64,000 bases of DNA. Origin: Eubacteriales bacterium. GTDB taxonomy: Bacteria > Bacillota > Clostridia > Oscillospirales > CAG-272. Within the stretch, counting starts at the first letter, position 1, and each line of letters opens with the position of its first letter. A program made the position numbers and the translations under genes. This document shows, piece by piece, positions 1 to 7,610 of this stretch. The notes under the pieces are model-generated. The model ran no database searches. It saw only the letters and a list, made by a program, of their open reading frames with translations, and had not been told where the DNA came from. The stretch is taken from positions 3,993 to 67,992 of the forward strand of contig JAZNFP010000003.1 of NCBI GenBank assembly GCA_045576095.1, read 5' to 3'.

Positions 1-401
1 GGAAGCGAGTCCGAAACGGCATCGTCGGTAACGGTCACAAAGGAAAGAAGCTCCCTTGCCTCCCCGACGCTTCGGCATCTGCCGAGCAGCCAGGGAATCA
101 GCTCGAACGAGGCAACGCACCTCCCCCTCGCCTCTGCCTTGCGGTAAACGGCATAGGACGGAAAGCGGAGCGCCGCCATGGCAATCCCTGCCTCGTTTAC
201 CGCATCGTAATAGAGCGGTCTGCCGTCAAACAGATGTGCCATGCCAAGCATGGACAGACTCTCGCGCCTCTCTCCCCCGTACAGAAAGCGCCATGGAAAA
301 AGCCTGGGGGCGAGCACGACCGTCTCGCCGTACGGCTCCTCGATGTCGAGCGTTCGGCAGAACCACCGTTTTCCCCGGTCCAACGCAAGTGCAGTACACA
401 T
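1..401 (-). CDS. choloylglycine hydrolase / linear amide C-N hydrolase family (Ntn hydrolase), N-terminal ~133 codons only; the gene runs off the left edge of the window
   Basis: My own minus-strand translation from the ATG at 401-399 gives MCTALALDRGKRWFCRTLDIEEPYGETVVLAPRLFPWRFLYGGERRESLSMLGMAHLFDGRPLYYDAVNEAGIAMAALRFPSYAVY... The Met-Cys2 N-terminus is the Ntn nucleophile. Order matches remembered bile-salt-hydrolase N-termini (MCTGLAL..GRNMDIE..NEKGL..LNFP). GGGGGA lies just upstream. The ORF is missing from the track because it has no stop inside the window. Confidence 0.75.
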   Translation of the reverse strand, partial: MCTALALDRGKRWFCRTLDIEEPYGETVVLAPRLFPWRFLYGGERRESLSMLGMAHLFDGRPLYYDAVNEAGIAMAALRFPSYAVYRKAEARGRCVASFELIPWLLGRCRSVGEARELLSFVTVTDDAVSDSL

Positions 402-540
402 AAGTCCCCCTTTGCTTTCCGTTTCCGATAGCCTTGCCCGATGCCGCCGCATTCATACGCGACTTTTTTTCTTTTTTCAGAATGAAGCGGGATTCCGAGC
501 GGCATTCTAAAACCATCACCGAAAAAGGAAGGACAAGCAA

Positions 541-975
541 ATGATTGAACCCGATACCATAAAGCTTTTGCGCGAATGCGATGCGGGCGTGAAGATGGGA
601 ATTTCCTCGATCACGGACGTTGTCAAATACGCCGGCTCCGAGGATCTGCGCCGCCTGCTCACCGACTCGCGCACCGACCACGAAACGATTGAGACCGAGC
701 TTCGATCCCTGCTCGACCGCTACGGCGACGACGGCAAGGCTCCGAGCGCAATCGCCAAGGGGATGTCACACATGAAAACAGGCATGAAGCTCGCCATGAA
801 CGAGTCCGATGCAACGATCGCGGACCTGATGACCGACGGCTGTGATATGGGTGTGAAATCCCTGTCGCGCTATCTGAATCAGTATAAGGCAGCCGAGGAG
901 GACGCCAAGGATATCGCCAAGCGCCTGATTACGATCGAGGATCAGCTCGGCACCGATCTGCGTGGCTTCCTCTGA
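541..975 (+). CDS. hypothetical all-helical protein (possibly a ferritin-like four-helix-bundle family); function unknown
   Basis: 144-aa ORF preceded by AAAGGAAGGA. The composition looks coding and helix-forming, and a terminator follows. I do not recognise a specific family. Confidence 0.5.
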   Translation: MIEPDTIKLLRECDAGVKMGISSITDVVKYAGSEDLRRLLTDSRTDHETIETELRSLLDRYGDDGKAPSAIAKGMSHMKTGMKLAMNESDATIADLMTDGCDMGVKSLSRYLNQYKAAEEDAKDIAKRLITIEDQLGTDLRGFL

Positions 976-1021
976 CGCCGCCGTCGGATTTGACGCGACC
1001 GTAACGCCAAAAAAAGGAAAC

Positions 1022-1068
1022 GGGCTCTCCCGAATGCAACCGCATTTGAGAGAGCCTTTTCGGTTTTT
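1022..1068. terminator. bidirectional intrinsic terminator between convergent genes
   Basis: Stem GGGCTCTC...GAGAGCC with an inner AATGC/GCATT stem. It is followed by TTTTCGGTTTTT on the + strand and by a T-rich run on the - strand. Confidence 0.6.
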
Positions 1069-1070
1069 CG

Positions 1071-1415
1071 TCAGCTTTGCCCGTTCGTTTTTTCGCCCTT
1101 TTCGGCACCGCCGAGTCCGACGGCGGCGTCAACGGGAAGCGAAAAGGCAATGCCCTGCGCGGGAGTATCCTGTCCGACCGCGTTGTAAAGCGCGTGCAGA
1201 ATTGAGTCGCGCAAGCCCGACTCAACGAGAATCAGGATCATCTCCTTTTCGGGCTGGATGGTGATCTGAAAGAGGCGCTCCGCCTCCTTGCTTGCCGTGC
1301 CGCGCGCATGGGCGACGGTGCCTCCGCGTGCACCGAATTTTCTGGCGGCGTCCATCGCCGTATCGCTATAGCCTGCATTGAGGATGCAAACGATCAGCTC
1401 GTGCCGATAGGTCAT
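1071..1415 (-). CDS. PII-like (GlnB-fold) signalling protein, DUF1538-associated
   Basis: 114 aa, the size of a PII protein, with a beta-alpha-beta pattern (ELIVCILNAGYSDTAMDAARKFGARGGTV...MILILVESGLRDSILHALYNAV). Its ATGA start overlaps the stop of the upstream PII-like gene. It is the last gene of the operon. Confidence 0.65.
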   Translation of the reverse strand: MTYRHELIVCILNAGYSDTAMDAARKFGARGGTVAHARGTASKEAERLFQITIQPEKEMILILVESGLRDSILHALYNAVGQDTPAQGIAFSLPVDAAVGLGGAEKGEKTNGQS

Positions 1416-1813
1416 GTCCGATCTCCCTTCGTTTCAAGATACTTACGGTTGTTGCAAAGGAACTGATAGACCGCAACGCCGATCGTTGCCGTCATGGGAA
1501 CCGTAAAGGCAACGCCCTTACCGTTTTTCAGGGTTGCAAACTTCCCCTCAAGCGCCGCGAGCACGTCGCTTGCGCGATCCTCTCGAACCACTCCGAACAA
1601 AATCGCCTTTTCGGTTTCGGCAAGTCCGAGGAAGCGAAGGGTCTGGGCATCCGCCGTTCCCTTTGCGGCAAGACCGAGCTGAAGATTGATCTCAAAGCCG
1701 TGCAGAAAATCGACGTAAAATTCCGCCTTCTCGCGGTTGACGATCAGGCAAAGGAGCTTGAGCTTCTGCGGTGCCGTTGCCGCAGTCTTGGTTTTCGGTT
1801 TCCGTTCTGCCAT
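1412..1813 (-). CDS. PII-like (GlnB-fold) protein, DUF1538-associated, with a Lys/Thr/Ala-rich N-terminal tail
   Basis: 133 aa (LKLLCLIVNREKAEFYVDFLHGF...AILFGVVREDRASDVLAALEGKF). A GGAGGGGG Shine-Dalgarno fills the 11-nt gap after the DUF1538 stop. Confidence 0.6.
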   Translation of the reverse strand: MAERKPKTKTAATAPQKLKLLCLIVNREKAEFYVDFLHGFEINLQLGLAAKGTADAQTLRFLGLAETEKAILFGVVREDRASDVLAALEGKFATLKNGKGVAFTVPMTATIGVAVYQFLCNNRKYLETKGDRT

Positions 1814-1824
1814 GTTCCCCCTCC

Positions 1825-3399
1825 TTACAGAAAGCTGATGATCTGCTCATCCTCGGCGTCAAGAATCCGACGCATCGTGATCCTGTCGCGTACCGCCTTC
1901 GTCATCACTGCCTGAAAGCCGAGCAGCTGAATACTGATCAAGGGCGTCATGGCGACCATGGCAACGATGCCAAAGCCGAGCGAAAGAACGCTGTCGGCAC
2001 CGTGCAACGCACAGCAGACACCGACCGAGAAGGGCAAAATAAAGCTCGAGGTCAGAGGACCGCTGGCGACACCGCCCGAGTCGAAGGCAATCGCGGTATA
2101 GATGCCCGGCACGAAGAAGGAAAGCCCAAGGGAGAGAAAGTAGCCGGGAATCAGGTAGTAAAGAATGCTGAAATCAAACAGGATGCGAAGCATGGAAAGA
2201 GAGAGCGCGATACCGACGCCAAGCGAAAGCGCGATCATCATGGACCTTTTGCTGACCATGCGATCGGTGACCTCCTCAACCTGACGGTTGAGGACGTGAA
2301 TCGCCGGCTCGGCAAGCACGACGACCATGCCGAGAAAAAGCGCGAAGAAGGGGAGCGCAGCCGAGCTTGCCTCGGCGATCTCGAGACCGAGACGGTATCC
2401 GACCGGCATGAAGCCGACGGTAACCGAGGCAAGGAAGGCAACGAGCCCGACGAAGGTATAAAGGATCCCGATGCCGATCTGAAGGAGTCTCTGCCGCGGC
2501 AGGCGCAGCACCGTCAGCTCGAGCAAGACGAAGAACAGAACGATCAGTCCGAGCGCAAGCCCGACCTCCTTTGCCGTCTCAAGAACGGTGTGGAGCAGAT
2601 TCATGCCAAGCCCGTCGGTGATCGAATAGGCGGGGTCCTCGTAGGCGAAGCTTCCGCTCGCCGAGGTGCCGAGCGCAAGAACGGCAAGAATCGGTCCGAC
2701 CGAGCAGAGCGCAATCACGCCGAAGCTGTTTTCCCCGACGTTGCGACCGCCGATGTTTGAGGCAATACCGACGCCGAGCGCCATGATAAAGGGCACCGTA
2801 ATCGGTCCGGTCGTCACGCCGCCCGAATCGAAGGCGAGCGCCAGAAAGTCACCGTTGCCCGACACGATCAGAAGCGAGGCAAAGGCAAAGAGCACGAAGT
2901 AGAAGAACATCAGCATCGACGAAAGATGCAGATTGAAAAGCATTTTCAGAATGGAAAGGACGAGGAAAACGCCCACCCCAACCCCAACCGTTACGATCAG
3001 AAGCGTGCCGTTCATCACGGCGCCGACCTGCTCGGCGAGCACCGAAAGATCGGGCTCGGCAACCGTAATCAGAATCCCCATCAGGGCAGAGACCGAAAGC
3101 AGAAGCTTAATGCTCCCCGAACGGGTCAAACCCGCCCCGACAAGCTCTCCCATCGGCGTCATGGCAAGATCGGCGCCGAGATTAAAGAGCCCGATGCCAA
3201 GGACGAGCGCAACGGCGCAAAGAAGAAACACGCCAAGCTCAAGAGGAGACAGCGAAACGAAGGGCGTCAGATAGATCAGAAGAACGATTCCGACAACCGG
3301 CAGAACCGACACGAGCGATTCCTTGAGCTTTTTCAGCAGAATTGCGTACAACTTATACCTCCGTTTCGCCCTTCGGGCAAGAATTTTATCCGAACGCAA
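1825..3399 (-). CDS. DUF1538-family integral membrane protein with an internally duplicated domain
   Basis: 524 aa and highly hydrophobic. The motif AFDSGGV(T/A)(T/S)GP(I/L)T occurs once in each half (AFDSGGVTTGPITVPFIMALGVG and AFDSGGVASGPLTSSFILPFSVG). The TTG start overlaps the ZIP gene's 3' end by 14 nt. Confidence 0.75.
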   Translation of the reverse strand: MRSDKILARRAKRRYKLYAILLKKLKESLVSVLPVVGIVLLIYLTPFVSLSPLELGVFLLCAVALVLGIGLFNLGADLAMTPMGELVGAGLTRSGSIKLLLSVSALMGILITVAEPDLSVLAEQVGAVMNGTLLIVTVGVGVGVFLVLSILKMLFNLHLSSMLMFFYFVLFAFASLLIVSGNGDFLALAFDSGGVTTGPITVPFIMALGVGIASNIGGRNVGENSFGVIALCSVGPILAVLALGTSASGSFAYEDPAYSITDGLGMNLLHTVLETAKEVGLALGLIVLFFVLLELTVLRLPRQRLLQIGIGILYTFVGLVAFLASVTVGFMPVGYRLGLEIAEASSAALPFFALFLGMVVVLAEPAIHVLNRQVEEVTDRMVSKRSMMIALSLGVGIALSLSMLRILFDFSILYYLIPGYFLSLGLSFFVPGIYTAIAFDSGGVASGPLTSSFILPFSVGVCCALHGADSVLSLGFGIVAMVAMTPLISIQLLGFQAVMTKAVRDRITMRRILDAEDEQIISFL

Positions 3400-4150
3400 C
3401 GTCCAGAACCATCATCAGTGAAAATCCAAGGGAAACCCCGAGCACGCCGAAAAGATACCCCCGTCCCGTTTGCGATGCGGGCACGAGCTCTCTGACCACG
3501 ACGTGAAGCATCGCGCCTGCGGCAAACGAGAGCAGATACGGAAGCACGGGAGAAAGATACGCCGAAAGCAGGAGCATCACGGCACCCCCGAGCGGCTCAA
3601 CGGCACCCGAAAGCACGCCCACCCAAAACGATCGGGCGCGCGAGGCGCCGCCGCTTGCCATCGGCATCGAAACGACAGCCCCCTCGGGCAGATTCTGCAG
3701 GGCAATCCCCAAGGAAAGCGTCAGCGCCGATGCAACCGAAGCCCCTTCGGCGCCGCCAAGGAGCGCGGCGTACACAACGCCGACCGCCATCCCCTCGGGA
3801 AGGTTATGCAGCGTAACCGAAAAAAACAGCATCGAATACCGCTCGCCCCCCTGCCCTGCCTCGGACTCGGGAAAAAAGAGGTCGATTGCCGAAAGAAACG
3901 CCACGCCGAGGAGCAGTCCGACGGTTGCCGGAAACCAGCCGATGCCGCCGCTTGCCTCGGTCATTTCAATCGAAGGAACGAGAAGCGACCAGACCGATGC
4001 CGCAATCATGACCCCCGAGGCAAAGCCGAAAAGCAGCTTCTCGACCGATTCAGAGGGGCTTTTGCGAAAGAGGAATACACTCGCCGCTCCGAGCGAGGTT
4101 CCCAAAAACGGAATCAAAAGTCCGATCAGAGCAGACAAGGAAAGGGGCAT
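3386..4150 (-). CDS. ZIP family divalent-metal transporter (ZupT-like)
   Basis: Multi-TM protein with the ZIP signature repeated (HNLPEGMAVG and QNLPEGAVVS). ATG at 4150 gives MPLSLSALIG... The track ORF begins at an upstream TTG (4174) that would overlap the regulator gene. Confidence 0.8.
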   Translation of the reverse strand: MPLSLSALIGLLIPFLGTSLGAASVFLFRKSPSESVEKLLFGFASGVMIAASVWSLLVPSIEMTEASGGIGWFPATVGLLLGVAFLSAIDLFFPESEAGQGGERYSMLFFSVTLHNLPEGMAVGVVYAALLGGAEGASVASALTLSLGIALQNLPEGAVVSMPMASGGASRARSFWVGVLSGAVEPLGGAVMLLLSAYLSPVLPYLLSFAAGAMLHVVVRELVPASQTGRGYLFGVLGVSLGFSLMMVLDVAFG

Positions 4151-4154
4151 TGCT

Positions 4155-4538
4155 TTACCCGTCCCTCTCCCCAAGTGAAAGCAGATGCTCCTTTATCCTC
4201 AAAAAAGTGCCGTCGCTGATATCGTGCTCAATCTTACAGGCATCGGCAGAGGCGACGTCGTCGGGAACGCCGATGCGCGAAAAAAACTCGGTCAGAACGC
4301 GATGCCGCTCATACACCTTCTGGGCGCGCGCCTCCCCCTCGGGAGTCAGCGTAATGTAGCCGTCGCGGTCAACGAGAATCATATTCCCCTCGCGGAGATT
4401 GGCGAGCGCCCGGCTGATGCTCGGCTTGGAATAGCCGGTCAGCTTGACAACGTCGATCGCACGAACGCTCCCGAGCCGCTGGCGAAGCACGAGAATGTCC
4501 TCGAGGTACATCTCACCCGATTCTTGAATCTTACTCAC
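4155..4538 (-). CDS. DtxR/IdeR/MntR-family metal-dependent transcriptional repressor, two-domain form without SH3
   Basis: 127 aa, GTG start with AAGGAG 8 nt upstream. N-terminal wHTH (GYSKPSISRALANLRE). GEM10YL, ERH79R and AC101KIE104H105 line up with the DtxR primary-site ligands Met10/Cys102/Glu105/His106 as I remember them. Confidence 0.85.
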   Translation of the reverse strand: MSKIQESGEMYLEDILVLRQRLGSVRAIDVVKLTGYSKPSISRALANLREGNMILVDRDGYITLTPEGEARAQKVYERHRVLTEFFSRIGVPDDVASADACKIEHDISDGTFLRIKEHLLSLGERDG

Positions 4539-4670
4539 AGAAAAGCTCCTTTTCCCTCTCCCGACAAAGCGTCGGGAGGATTTCGGGGCGCAACCGTTGC
4601 AGAGCCCCTTTTCAGCCTATGCCGCAAAAAGAGGATCGGTGCGGTGAAGACGAACCGTCCGCATATACTC

Positions 4671-4682
4671 CGCTAACTGTTA
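4671..4682 (-). promoter_or_regulatory. candidate operator: the 12-mer TAACAGTTAGCG abutting the -10 box
   Basis: The minus strand reads TATAATAACAGTTAGCG. The same 12-mer follows the feoA -10 box at 4840-4851. Confidence 0.5.
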
Positions 4683-4710
4683 TTATAACATACCTTGTCA
4701 AAAAAAACAA
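4682..4710 (-). promoter_or_regulatory. predicted sigma-A promoter of the regulator-ZIP-DUF1538-PII operon
   Basis: On the minus strand, TTGTTT-17 nt-TATAAT, followed directly by AACAGTTAGCG (see operator features). Confidence 0.5.
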
Positions 4711-4752
4711 CCGCTCTTCCCCACGCTTTTCCCATTTTTACAAACTTCTTCC

Positions 4753-4799
4753 AAACCGACCGCGCCCCCGCGCGAGAAAACTTTTCGGTCGGTTTTTTG
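4753..4799 (+). terminator. terminator-like hairpin in the divergent intergenic region; role unclear
   Basis: ACCGACCG...CGGTCGGT stem (8 bp, ~23-nt GC-rich loop) followed by TTTTTT on the + strand, immediately upstream of the feoA -35 box. Confidence 0.35.
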
Positions 4800-4808
4800 A
4801 AAAAACGC

Positions 4809-4837
4809 TTGACAAAATCGGCTCGAATCGCTATAAT
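4809..4837 (+). promoter_or_regulatory. consensus sigma-A promoter of feoAB
   Basis: TTGACA (4809-4814), 17 nt, TATAAT (4832-4837). Confidence 0.7.
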
Positions 4838-4838
4838 A

Positions 4839-4897
4839 CTAACAGTTAGCGCTTGCTAACTATATTTGCTGCCCAGCGGTTAGCCAAGGCTAACCGC
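4839..4897 (+). promoter_or_regulatory. array of GTTAG/CTAAC dyads (candidate DtxR-family operators) in the feoA 5' leader
   Basis: CTAAC-A-GTTAG (4839-4849), GTTAG-CGCTTG-CTAAC (4845-4860), and the perfect 22-bp palindrome GCGGTTAGCC-AA-GGCTAACCGC (4876-4897). The GGTTAG/CTAACC half-sites resemble the IdeR/DtxR iron box TTAGGTTAGGCTAACCTAA. Confidence 0.55.
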
Positions 4898-4927
4898 CAA
4901 TCAACCGACGGTACGAGGAAACAGACG

Positions 4928-5149
4928 ATGAAAACGCTAAAGGAACTGAAGGTCGGAAAAACGGCGCGCGTGATCAAGCTTCACGGCGAGGGCGCCGTCC
5001 GACGGAGGCTGATGGATATGGGGCTGACGCGCGGAACCGAGGTTACGGTTCGCCGTGTGGCGCCCTTTGGGGACCCGATCGAGCTGACGCTTCGCGGCTA
5101 CGAGCTTTCGCTTCGCCGCGCCGACGCCGAGATGGTCGAAATCGAGTAA
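4928..5149 (+). CDS. feoA: FeoA family ferrous iron transport protein
   Basis: 73 aa from the internal ATG ([41 protein letters not shown]...). SH3-like FeoA signature, GAGGAAA SD. The upstream part of the track ORF covers the operator region. Confidence 0.85.
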   Translation: MKTLKELKVGKTARVIKLHGEGAVRRRLMDMGLTRGTEVTVRRVAPFGDPIELTLRGYELSLRRADAEMVEIE

Positions 5150-5166
5150 AAAAGGGGGGGAAGCCG

Positions 5167-7308
5167 ATGGAAAGCAAGCCGATCCGAATTGCCCTCGCAG
5201 GAAACCCGAATTCGGGAAAAACGACTCTGTTCAACGCATTGACCGGCTCAAGTCAGTACGTCGGGAACTGGCCCGGCGTAACGGTTGAAAAGAAGGAGGG
5301 GCGGCTTCGCCACTACGGCGACGTCATCGTCACCGACCTTCCCGGCATCTATTCCCTTTCGCCCTATACGCCCGAGGAGATCGTTGCCAGGCGCTATCTC
5401 GTCGGGGAGCGCCCCGATGCGATTCTGAACATCGTTGACGGCACCAATCTGGAGCGGAATCTCTATCTGACAACCCAGCTGACCGAGCTCGGAATCCCGG
5501 TCGTCATCGTGATCAATATGATGGACGTCGTGCGTAAGCGCCACGACGAGATTGATACCGCTCGGCTCTCCCGCGCCCTCGGATGCCCGATCTTCGAGGC
5601 GTCGGCGCTGAAAAACGACGGCGTATTCGAGGCGGCAGCGGCGGCGATCCGGGCTGCGCAAGGGGGCGAGATGCTTCCCGCGCATAACTTCCGAGGAGTC
5701 GTTGAGCACGCGCTGGCGCACATCGAGGAGGCCGCCGTGCATCATTTGCCGCCCGAGAGACAGCGCTGGTATGCCATTAAGCTATTTGAGCGCGACGAGC
5801 GCGTCCTAAAGGAGCTGTCGCTTTCCGACGAGGTGCTCTCGCATCTCGAGGAGGATATCCGCTCTGCCGAGCGCGAATGCGACGACGATGCCGAGAGCAT
5901 CATCACCAACGAGCGCTACGACTATATTGCCTCGGTTCTTCGGGACTGCTACAGGAAGCGAAGCACGATCGAGAAAACGGTCTCGGATAAAATCGACCGC
6001 GTCGTTACCAACCGCTTTGCCGCCATTCCGATCTTTCTGGCAATCATGTTCCTGGTTTATTACGTTTCGGTCTCCACGCTCGGAACGATGGCAACCGACT
6101 GGACGAACGACGTCCTGTTCGGAAAACGGATCCTGCCCGCGCTTTCGGCTGGGCTTGAGGCGATCGGGTGCTGGGGTTGGCTGCGCTCACTGCTCGTGGA
6201 CGGCATCGTCGGCGGTGTCGGAGCGGTGCTCGGCTTCGTTCCGCAAATGCTGATTCTCTTTGCCATGCTCGGCTTCCTTGAGGCGTCGGGCTATATGTCG
6301 CGCGTTGCCTTCGTGCTCGACCGCGTGTTCCGCCGCTTCGGTCTGTCCGGAAAATCCTTTATCCCGATGCTCGTCGGCGTCGGATGCAGCGTTCCCGGGA
6401 TCATGGCAAGCCGCACGATCGAAAGCGAGCGCGACCGCCGCATGACGGTTATGACAACGAGCTTTATCCCCTGCGGTGCAAAGCTCCCCCTGATCGGCAT
6501 GATCGCGGGCGTTGCCTTCGGGCGCGAATCGGCGCTCGTCTCGACCGCGGCTTACCTGATCGGGATTGCCGCCGTGATTTTGAGCGGATTGATCCTCAAA
6601 AAGACCCGTCGGTTTGCGGGGGATCCCGCGCCCTTCATCATGGAGCTTCCCTCCTACCACCTGCCGACCGCAAAAAATCTGCTTCTGACGACCTGGGAGC
6701 GCGGCTGGTCCTTCATCAAAAAGGCGGGAACCGTCATTTTGCTTTCGACCGTCGTTCTCTGGTTCCTGCAAAGCTTCGGCTTCGAGGGGGGATTCGGATG
6801 GGTGAGCGATGCGAGCCACTCGATCCTCGCCTATCTCGGCAAGCCTCTTGCCGTTCTCTTTCTGCCCCTCGGCTTCGGCTTCTGGCAGGCGGCGGTTGCC
6901 TCTCTCACGGGACTGCTCGCCAAGGAAAACGTCGTTGCGACCTTCGGCGTCCTTTACGGAGCCGCCGAGGTTGCCGAAAACGGCGCCGAGATCTGGGGAG
7001 CGCTCTCGGGGGATTTCGGGAGTTCCGTCGCGGCTCTCTCCTTCCTCATCTTTAACCTGCTCTGCGCGCCCTGCTTTGCGGCAATCGGCGCGATCCGCCG
7101 CGAGATGAACAGCTCCTCCTGGACCGCCTTTGCCATCGGCTATCAATGCGTGTTCGCCTATGCGACGTCGCTCGTCGTTTACCAGACGGGGACGCTTGTG
7201 ACCTCGGGCTTTTCGGTCGCGCGGATTCCCGGGCTGATCGGCGCCGCCGCCGTCCTCGGGCTTGCCGCTTGGCTGCTCGTCCGCAGCCCCTCGCAGAAAA
7301 GGGGGTGA
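5167..7308 (+). CDS. feoB: ferrous iron transporter FeoB
   Basis: 713 aa. N-terminal G-domain ([31 protein letters not shown]) followed by a polytopic membrane domain. Confidence 0.95.
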   Translation: MESKPIRIALAGNPNSGKTTLFNALTGSSQYVGNWPGVTVEKKEGRLRHYGDVIVTDLPGIYSLSPYTPEEIVARRYLVGERPDAILNIVDGTNLERNLYLTTQLTELGIPVVIVINMMDVVRKRHDEIDTARLSRALGCPIFEASALKNDGVFEAAAAAIRAAQGGEMLPAHNFRGVVEHALAHIEEAAVHHLPPERQRWYAIKLFERDERVLKELSLSDEVLSHLEEDIRSAERECDDDAESIITNERYDYIASVLRDCYRKRSTIEKTVSDKIDRVVTNRFAAIPIFLAIMFLVYYVSVSTLGTMATDWTNDVLFGKRILPALSAGLEAIGCWGWLRSLLVDGIVGGVGAVLGFVPQMLILFAMLGFLEASGYMSRVAFVLDRVFRRFGLSGKSFIPMLVGVGCSVPGIMASRTIESERDRRMTVMTTSFIPCGAKLPLIGMIAGVAFGRESALVSTAAYLIGIAAVILSGLILKKTRRFAGDPAPFIMELPSYHLPTAKNLLLTTWERGWSFIKKAGTVILLSTVVLWFLQSFGFEGGFGWVSDASHSILAYLGKPLAVLFLPLGFGFWQAAVASLTGLLAKENVVATFGVLYGAAEVAENGAEIWGALSGDFGSSVAALSFLIFNLLCAPCFAAIGAIRREMNSSSWTAFAIGYQCVFAYATSLVVYQTGTLVTSGFSVARIPGLIGAAAVLGLAAWLLVRSPSQKRG

Positions 7309-7312
7309 TCCG

Positions 7313-7486
7313 ATGGCGTTTTTAACCGAAAATCTCGGAAGCATTCTTCTCTGCGTTGCTCTCGCCGCCGTTCTGACGCTCGTGGCGGTGCGGCTTCTTC
7401 GGAACCGACGCTCGGGCGGCTCGGGCTGCGGATGCGGCTGCTCGGGCTGTGCGATGCGAGACAAATGCCACCAAGAGGAAAAATAA
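7313..7486 (+). CDS. FeoB-associated Cys-rich small membrane protein
   Basis: 57 aa from the ATG at 7313: one TM helix (GSILLCVALAAVLTLVAV) and then GGSGCGCGCSGCAMRDKC. Starts 5 nt after the feoB stop. Confidence 0.7.
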   Translation: MAFLTENLGSILLCVALAAVLTLVAVRLLRNRRSGGSGCGCGCSGCAMRDKCHQEEK

Positions 7487-7492
7487 TCCCCG

Positions 7493-7541
7493 AAGGGAAC
7501 GGCTCGCGTGCGGCGGTTGCCGTCGGACCGTTCCTTTTTTC
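7493..7541 (+). terminator. intrinsic terminator of the feo operon
   Basis: GGAACGG...CCGTTCC stem with a GC-rich interior, followed by TTTTTT (7535-7540). Confidence 0.65.
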
Positions 7542-7553
7542 GAGTCCATCCGC

Positions 7554-7582
7554 TTGCCATTTCCGAGTATATATCATATAGT
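7554..7582 (+). promoter_or_regulatory. predicted sigma-A promoter of mgtC
   Basis: TTGCCA-17 nt-TATAGT. Confidence 0.5.
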
Positions 7583-7610
7583 AGTAAAATCAAAGTCAAA
7601 GGAGACTGTC

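Noticed and set aside
4539-4675. A GC-rich ~135-nt 5' leader of the DtxR-like gene with hairpins (for example TCCTCCCGAC-GCTTT-GTCGGGAGAGGA), considered as a possible metal riboswitch.
   Set aside because: I see no resemblance to the yybP-ykoY (Mn), NiCo or Mg (M-box) conserved cores. The hairpins do not mask the SD and are not followed by U-runs. It is probably just structured UTR.
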